Below, one piece after another: positions 37,144 through 41,219 of a stretch of 41,219 nucleotides of DNA (the stretch's first letter is position 1; each line of letters begins with the position of its first letter). The notes under the pieces were generated by a model that searched no databases, had not been told where the DNA came from, and saw nothing but the letters and a program-made list of their open reading frames with translations. The stretch covers positions 1-41,219 of the forward strand of contig JBEBGD010000043.1 in assembly GCA_040081625.1 (NCBI GenBank). The letters are read 5' to 3'. Source of the stretch: Chthoniobacteraceae bacterium (GTDB lineage: Bacteria; Verrucomicrobiota; Verrucomicrobiia; Chthoniobacterales; Chthoniobacteraceae). The position numbers were made by a program, and so were the translations under genes.

Positions 37144-38274
37144 ATGACCGAGACCGAAGCCTGCGTCGCGCTGAACATGGTGCCGAATCTCGGCCCCGTG
37201 CGGTTGCGAAAGCTGCTCGCGGCGCTCGGTTCGCCGGAGGCGGTGCTGCGGGCGGCGAAAAGCAAGCTGCGGCAGGTCGATGGCATCGGGCCGGAGCTGG
37301 CGGATGCGATCGGGGATTGGGAAAAGACGATCGATCTCGCGGCGGAGCTGGCGCGCGTGGCGGAGTTCGGGGCGGGCGTCATCACACAGGCGTCACCGGA
37401 GTATCCGCCGGGGCTGCGGGAGCTGCACAATCCGCCGATCGTGCTTTACGTGTGGGGCACGATCACGAGCGCGGACTTCAAGGCGGTCGGCGTCGTCGGC
37501 TCGCGCAAGACCAGCCACTACGGGACCGAGTGCGCGAAGAAGCTCTCCTACCAACTCGCCTACGCGGGGCTCACGGTCGTGAGCGGGCTGGCGCGCGGCA
37601 TCGACACGGCGGCGCACCAGGGCGCGCTCGCGGCGAATGGGCGCACGATAGGCGTGATCGGCTCGGGCTTGATGGATCTCTACCCGCCGGAAAACGCGGG
37701 GCTCGCGGAGAAGATCGCCGCTTCGGGCGCGGTCGTGAGCGAGTTCCCGATGACCTTTCCGCCGAGCCCGCAGACCTTTCCGTATCGCAACCGCATCGTC
37801 GCCGGGTGGGGGCGCGGAGTGCTCGTGGTCGAGGCCGGGGCGAAGAGCGGCGCGCTCATCACCGCCGAGCAGGCGCTGGAAAACGGGCGGCTGGTCTATG
37901 CGGTGCCGGGGCAGATCGACCGTCCGACTTCGTTCGGGAGCAATCGGCTCATCCAGCAAGGGGCAAAGCTGATCACATCGGCAGGCGACATCCTCGACGA
38001 CATGCACTCGCTTTTTCCCGAGCCGCGCAAGGTTCCCCCGCCAACGAACGCCGCCCCGCAAGCTCTCGGCGCGGAGGAAAGCGCGGTCCTCGACGCGCTC
38101 GGCGGGGACACTCTCGCGCCGGAGACGATCGCCGAAAAATCCAGTGTGCCGCTGCCGAAAGTGTCCGCCATTTTGCTGACGCTGGAGCTAAAGCGACAGG
38201 TCCGCCAGTTGCCGGGCCGGCAGTTCGTGCGGAGTGTCGCGCCGCTTGACGAATCGCCGTCACCCGCCGAGTAG
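37144..38274 (+). CDS. dprA: DNA-processing protein DprA
   Basis: Start ATG 37144. YP..L, VVGSR, VVSGLARGID..AH.GAL, SEFP, FP.RNRIV, VVEA..KSGALITA, AVPG, LIQQGAKL, C-terminal winged helix. Confidence 0.96.
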   Translation: MTETEACVALNMVPNLGPVRLRKLLAALGSPEAVLRAAKSKLRQVDGIGPELADAIGDWEKTIDLAAELARVAEFGAGVITQASPEYPPGLRELHNPPIVLYVWGTITSADFKAVGVVGSRKTSHYGTECAKKLSYQLAYAGLTVVSGLARGIDTAAHQGALAANGRTIGVIGSGLMDLYPPENAGLAEKIAASGAVVSEFPMTFPPSPQTFPYRNRIVAGWGRGVLVVEAGAKSGALITAEQALENGRLVYAVPGQIDRPTSFGSNRLIQQGAKLITSAGDILDDMHSLFPEPRKVPPPTNAAPQALGAEESAVLDALGGDTLAPETIAEKSSVPLPKVSAILLTLELKRQVRQLPGRQFVRSVAPLDESPSPAE

Positions 38275-38296
38275 AGCCGACTTTTCCCCGATAAAA

Positions 38297-40789
38297 ATGT
38301 CCAAAACGCTCGTCATCGCCGAGAAACCCAGCGTCGCCACCGATCTCGCCAAGGCCCTCGGCGTGCGGAAGGCGGGCGAGTGGTATGAGGACGATAAATA
38401 CGTGATCTCGTCGGCGGTCGGGCATCTTTTCGAGATCCAGCCGCCGGACGGTTTCGAGCCGAAAGGCAAGTGGAGCTTCTTCCCGTCGCTGCCGCCGCAC
38501 TTTGAGCTGAAGGTCATCGACAAGAACGCCAACCGCGCGACGCTGCTGCGCAAGCTGCTCAAGCGAAAGGATGTCACCGCGGTCGTCAATGCGTGCGATG
38601 CCGGGCGCGAGGGCGAGTTGATCTTCCGCAACATCATGCGCGGGACCGGAGCGAAGCAACCGTCACAGCGGCTGTGGCTCCAATCGATGACGCTGGAGGC
38701 GATCCGCAATGCCTTCGCGCACCTGCGCAGCGACGCCGACATGCTCCCGCTCTCGGACGCCGCGCTTTCGCGCAGCGAGTCGGACTGGCTGGTCGGGATC
38801 AACTCGACCCGCGCGCTGACGAAGCTGAACACGAAGGCGATGGGCGGCTTCCAAAAGACGACCGCCGGTCGCGTGCAGACGCCGACGCTCGCCATCCTCG
38901 CCGAGCGCGAGGAGCGCATCCGCAAGTTCGAGTCGCGGCCCTACTTTGAAGTGTTCGGCGATTTCGGTGTCGCCGCCGGGAGCTATCGCGGGCGCTGGTT
39001 CGATCCGGCTTTCCGCAAAGGCGCCGACGAGGACGCGCGCGCCGAGCGGATGTGGGAACGCACGAAGGCCGACGCGATCGCGACGAAGTGCACGGGCAAA
39101 CCCGCCACCGTCGAGGAAGAGAAAAAGCCGACGAGCCAGATTTCGCCGCAGCTCTACGACCTCACCACGCTCCAGCGCGAAGCGAACCAGCGCTTCGGCT
39201 TCCCCGCGAGGATGACGCTCTCGATCGCGCAGGCGCTCTACGAGAAGCACAAGGCGCTCACCTACCCGCGAACCGATTCGCGCTACCTGCCCGAGGATCA
39301 CCTTGCGACCGCGAAGCAAGTGCTGGCGGGCTTCGAGGACCCGTCGCTCTCCGTCCACGCGATGAAGGCGCTCAACTCCGGCTGGGTGCATCCGAACAAA
39401 CGCATCTTCAACAACGCGAAAGTCAGCGATCACTTTGCAATCGTGCCGACCGGCACCGCTCCGCGCGGATTGCAGGAGACCGAGCAGAAGATTTTCGACC
39501 TCGTCGCGCGGCGTTTCATCGCGGTGTTCTTCCCGGCAGCGCAGTTCGAGGTGACCACGCGCATCACCACGGTCGAGGGGGAGAAGTTCAAGACCGACGG
39601 CAAGATCATCGTCGATCCCGGCTGGATGGCCGTCTATGGCCGCGTGGCCGAGGGCGAGGACGGAGATCGCACGATCTGCCCGCTCGCTGCGGGCGAGACG
39701 AGCGCGCGCACCGAGGCGATCGAGGTGAAGGAAAACATGACCAAGCCGCCCGCGCGCTTCTCGGAAGCGACGCTGCTTTCCGCAATGGAAGGTGCCGGCA
39801 AGCTGGTCGATGACGAGGAGCTTCGCGAAGCGATGAGCGAGCGCGGCCTCGGCACGCCGGCGACGCGCGCGCAGACGATCGAGGGCTTGATCTACGAAGG
39901 CTACATCACGCGCCAGGGTCGCGAGCTGAAGGTCACCGCGAAGGGCCTCTCACTCATCACGCTGCTGCGCGACATCGACGCCTCCGCGCTTACGAAACCC
40001 GAGCTGACTGGCGAATGGGAGTTCAAGCTTCGGCAGATGGAGCGCGGCGAACTCTCGCGCGCGACCTTCATGGACGGCATCCGCGATCTCACCACCGAGA
40101 TCGTGCGGAAGATCAGCGAGCGGATCGGCTCCGAGGTCGGCGGCCGCTTCGAGCCGCTTCTGGTGAAGTGCCCGCGCTGCGGAGGCGAGACCTTCAACGA
40201 AAGCTTCCGCGCCTTCGAGTGCGCGAATCCCGAGTGCAAGCTCATCGTGTGGAAGACGATGTCGGATCGCGAATTCGAGCGCGAGGAAGTCGCCGCCTTG
40301 CTCACGACCTGCGCGGTCGGCCCGCTCGACGGCTTCAAATCAAGATTCGGCAAGCCCTTCTCCGCGCCGATCGTGCTGAATGAGAAGACCGAGTGGAAAG
40401 CGAAGTTCGATTTCGGCGACGCCGACGGTGCCGCGTCCGAGCCGATCAACCCCGAGCCGCTGGGCAAATGCCGCGCGTGCGAGGCGGGGCAGGTCTTCGA
40501 GCACGAGAAGGCGTTCATCTGCGACCAGTTCCCGGCGAAGAAATGCACGTTCCGCCTCGGCAAGACGATGCTCCAGCGCACGATCACGCGCGAGGAGGCG
40601 ACCGTGCTCGTCGCGACCGGCAAGTCGCCGATGCTTCACAAATTCATCTCGAACAAAACCAAGCGCGCCTTCTCCGCCTTCCTCAAGCTCGGGGCGGACG
40701 GAAAGGTCAGCTTCGAGTTCGAGCCGCGCGAGAAGAAGCCGCCGAAGACGAAGGCCGCGACCGCTCCCGCCTCCACGCCACCGGAGTAG
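38297..40789 (+). CDS. topB: Type IA DNA topoisomerase, topoisomerase III-like, with C-terminal Zn-ribbon/repeat region
   Basis: Start ATG 38297. IAEKPSVA, ACDAGREGELIF, RLWLQSMT, DWLVGIN.TR, GRVQTPTL, TYPRTD (catalytic Tyr), GLGTPATRA, ELTGEWE. Confidence 0.9.
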   Translation: MSKTLVIAEKPSVATDLAKALGVRKAGEWYEDDKYVISSAVGHLFEIQPPDGFEPKGKWSFFPSLPPHFELKVIDKNANRATLLRKLLKRKDVTAVVNACDAGREGELIFRNIMRGTGAKQPSQRLWLQSMTLEAIRNAFAHLRSDADMLPLSDAALSRSESDWLVGINSTRALTKLNTKAMGGFQKTTAGRVQTPTLAILAEREERIRKFESRPYFEVFGDFGVAAGSYRGRWFDPAFRKGADEDARAERMWERTKADAIATKCTGKPATVEEEKKPTSQISPQLYDLTTLQREANQRFGFPARMTLSIAQALYEKHKALTYPRTDSRYLPEDHLATAKQVLAGFEDPSLSVHAMKALNSGWVHPNKRIFNNAKVSDHFAIVPTGTAPRGLQETEQKIFDLVARRFIAVFFPAAQFEVTTRITTVEGEKFKTDGKIIVDPGWMAVYGRVAEGEDGDRTICPLAAGETSARTEAIEVKENMTKPPARFSEATLLSAMEGAGKLVDDEELREAMSERGLGTPATRAQTIEGLIYEGYITRQGRELKVTAKGLSLITLLRDIDASALTKPELTGEWEFKLRQMERGELSRATFMDGIRDLTTEIVRKISERIGSEVGGRFEPLLVKCPRCGGETFNESFRAFECANPECKLIVWKTMSDREFEREEVAALLTTCAVGPLDGFKSRFGKPFSAPIVLNEKTEWKAKFDFGDADGAASEPINPEPLGKCRACEAGQVFEHEKAFICDQFPAKKCTFRLGKTMLQRTITREEATVLVATGKSPMLHKFISNKTKRAFSAFLKLGADGKVSFEFEPREKKPPKTKAATAPASTPPE

Positions 40790-40795
40790 CGATCG

Positions 40796-41219
40796 CTACT
40801 TGATCCAGATGCCCCTGAGCGGCTTGCCGGCGGTCTGCGACTGCGCAGGCGCACCGCCGCGACCGGGCAGCAGGCGCATCGCGGCGAGCGTTTCGAGATC
40901 GAGTTGGCCAGTGAGCGGGAGCGCGATGAACCGCTGGTAGCTGAGGAGGCCTTCCTCAAGCGCCGGGCCGGGCACGCCGTCGATGGATTCGCGGTAGAAA
41001 CTCAGCTCGCGCAAAAAGCGCTGCGCGCGGCGAATCGTGTCCTGCTGCACTTCGAGCGGCGCACTCGCGTAGGGCGTCCGAGCGAAGACGCGACCGTAAG
41101 GCCCACCGCCCGAAGCCGGCGCACGCGGCGCGGGTGGTGCGAAGTCATCGACATCAGCCAGCGGCGGCTGCTGCTCGCGCCGCAAGAACTCGCGATCCTT
41201 TTGCTGCACGGTGTTGTCC
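40796..41219 (-). CDS. 3' part of a peptidoglycan-binding domain protein (5' end outside the window)
   Basis: IRRAQRFL....FY...IDG.PGP.....L..YQ....LP.TG.LD..TL (PG_binding_1-like). The frame is open to the right edge. Confidence 0.8.
   Translation of the reverse strand, partial: DNTVQQKDREFLRREQQPPLADVDDFAPPAPRAPASGGGPYGRVFARTPYASAPLEVQQDTIRRAQRFLRELSFYRESIDGVPGPALEEGLLSYQRFIALPLTGQLDLETLAAMRLLPGRGGAPAQSQTAGKPLRGIWIK

Overview
High-GC bacterial chromosomal window. The gene content points to a Verrucomicrobiota (Chthoniobacter/Spartobacteria-like) or other PVC organism; this is inferred from the LEPR-XLL-type giant protein, the PSCyt/PSD1 cytochrome, DUF1501 and the kinase-linked ECF sigma factor. 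From left to right it contains: tRNA-Gly(TCC); a ~2,590-aa surface protein with 16 Calx-beta repeats; a GT21-like glycosyltransferase; dsbD; a PSCyt/PSD1 cytochrome and DUF1501 pair interrupted by an ECF sigma + Ser/Thr kinase cassette; a tightly coupled 7-gene minus-strand operon (two GT4, fused E1 alpha-beta 2-oxoacid dehydrogenase-like, E2-like, ACP, CE4-like deacetylase, GNAT-like protein); amphi-Trp and TerB/DUF697 genes; redoxin; GT4; LysR divergent from SPFH + metallophosphoesterase; a nucleotidyltransferase with a small partner; an L,D-transpeptidase; two tandem paralogous secreted hypotheticals; dprA; topB; and a partial PG-binding protein. The best candidates for novel biology are (i) the operon, which looks like a dedicated ThDP/lipoyl/ACP acyl-donor line for glycan de-/re-acylation, and (ii) the ECF/kinase cassette. 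Its kinase carries a degenerate signal-peptidase (S26) domain, and both of its genes are preceded by the same bipartite motif TGTAACCTT-N10-TCCCCAAGGAA. No integrase, transposase, rRNA or CRISPR array was seen. All family assignments come from motif recognition by eye, not database searches.
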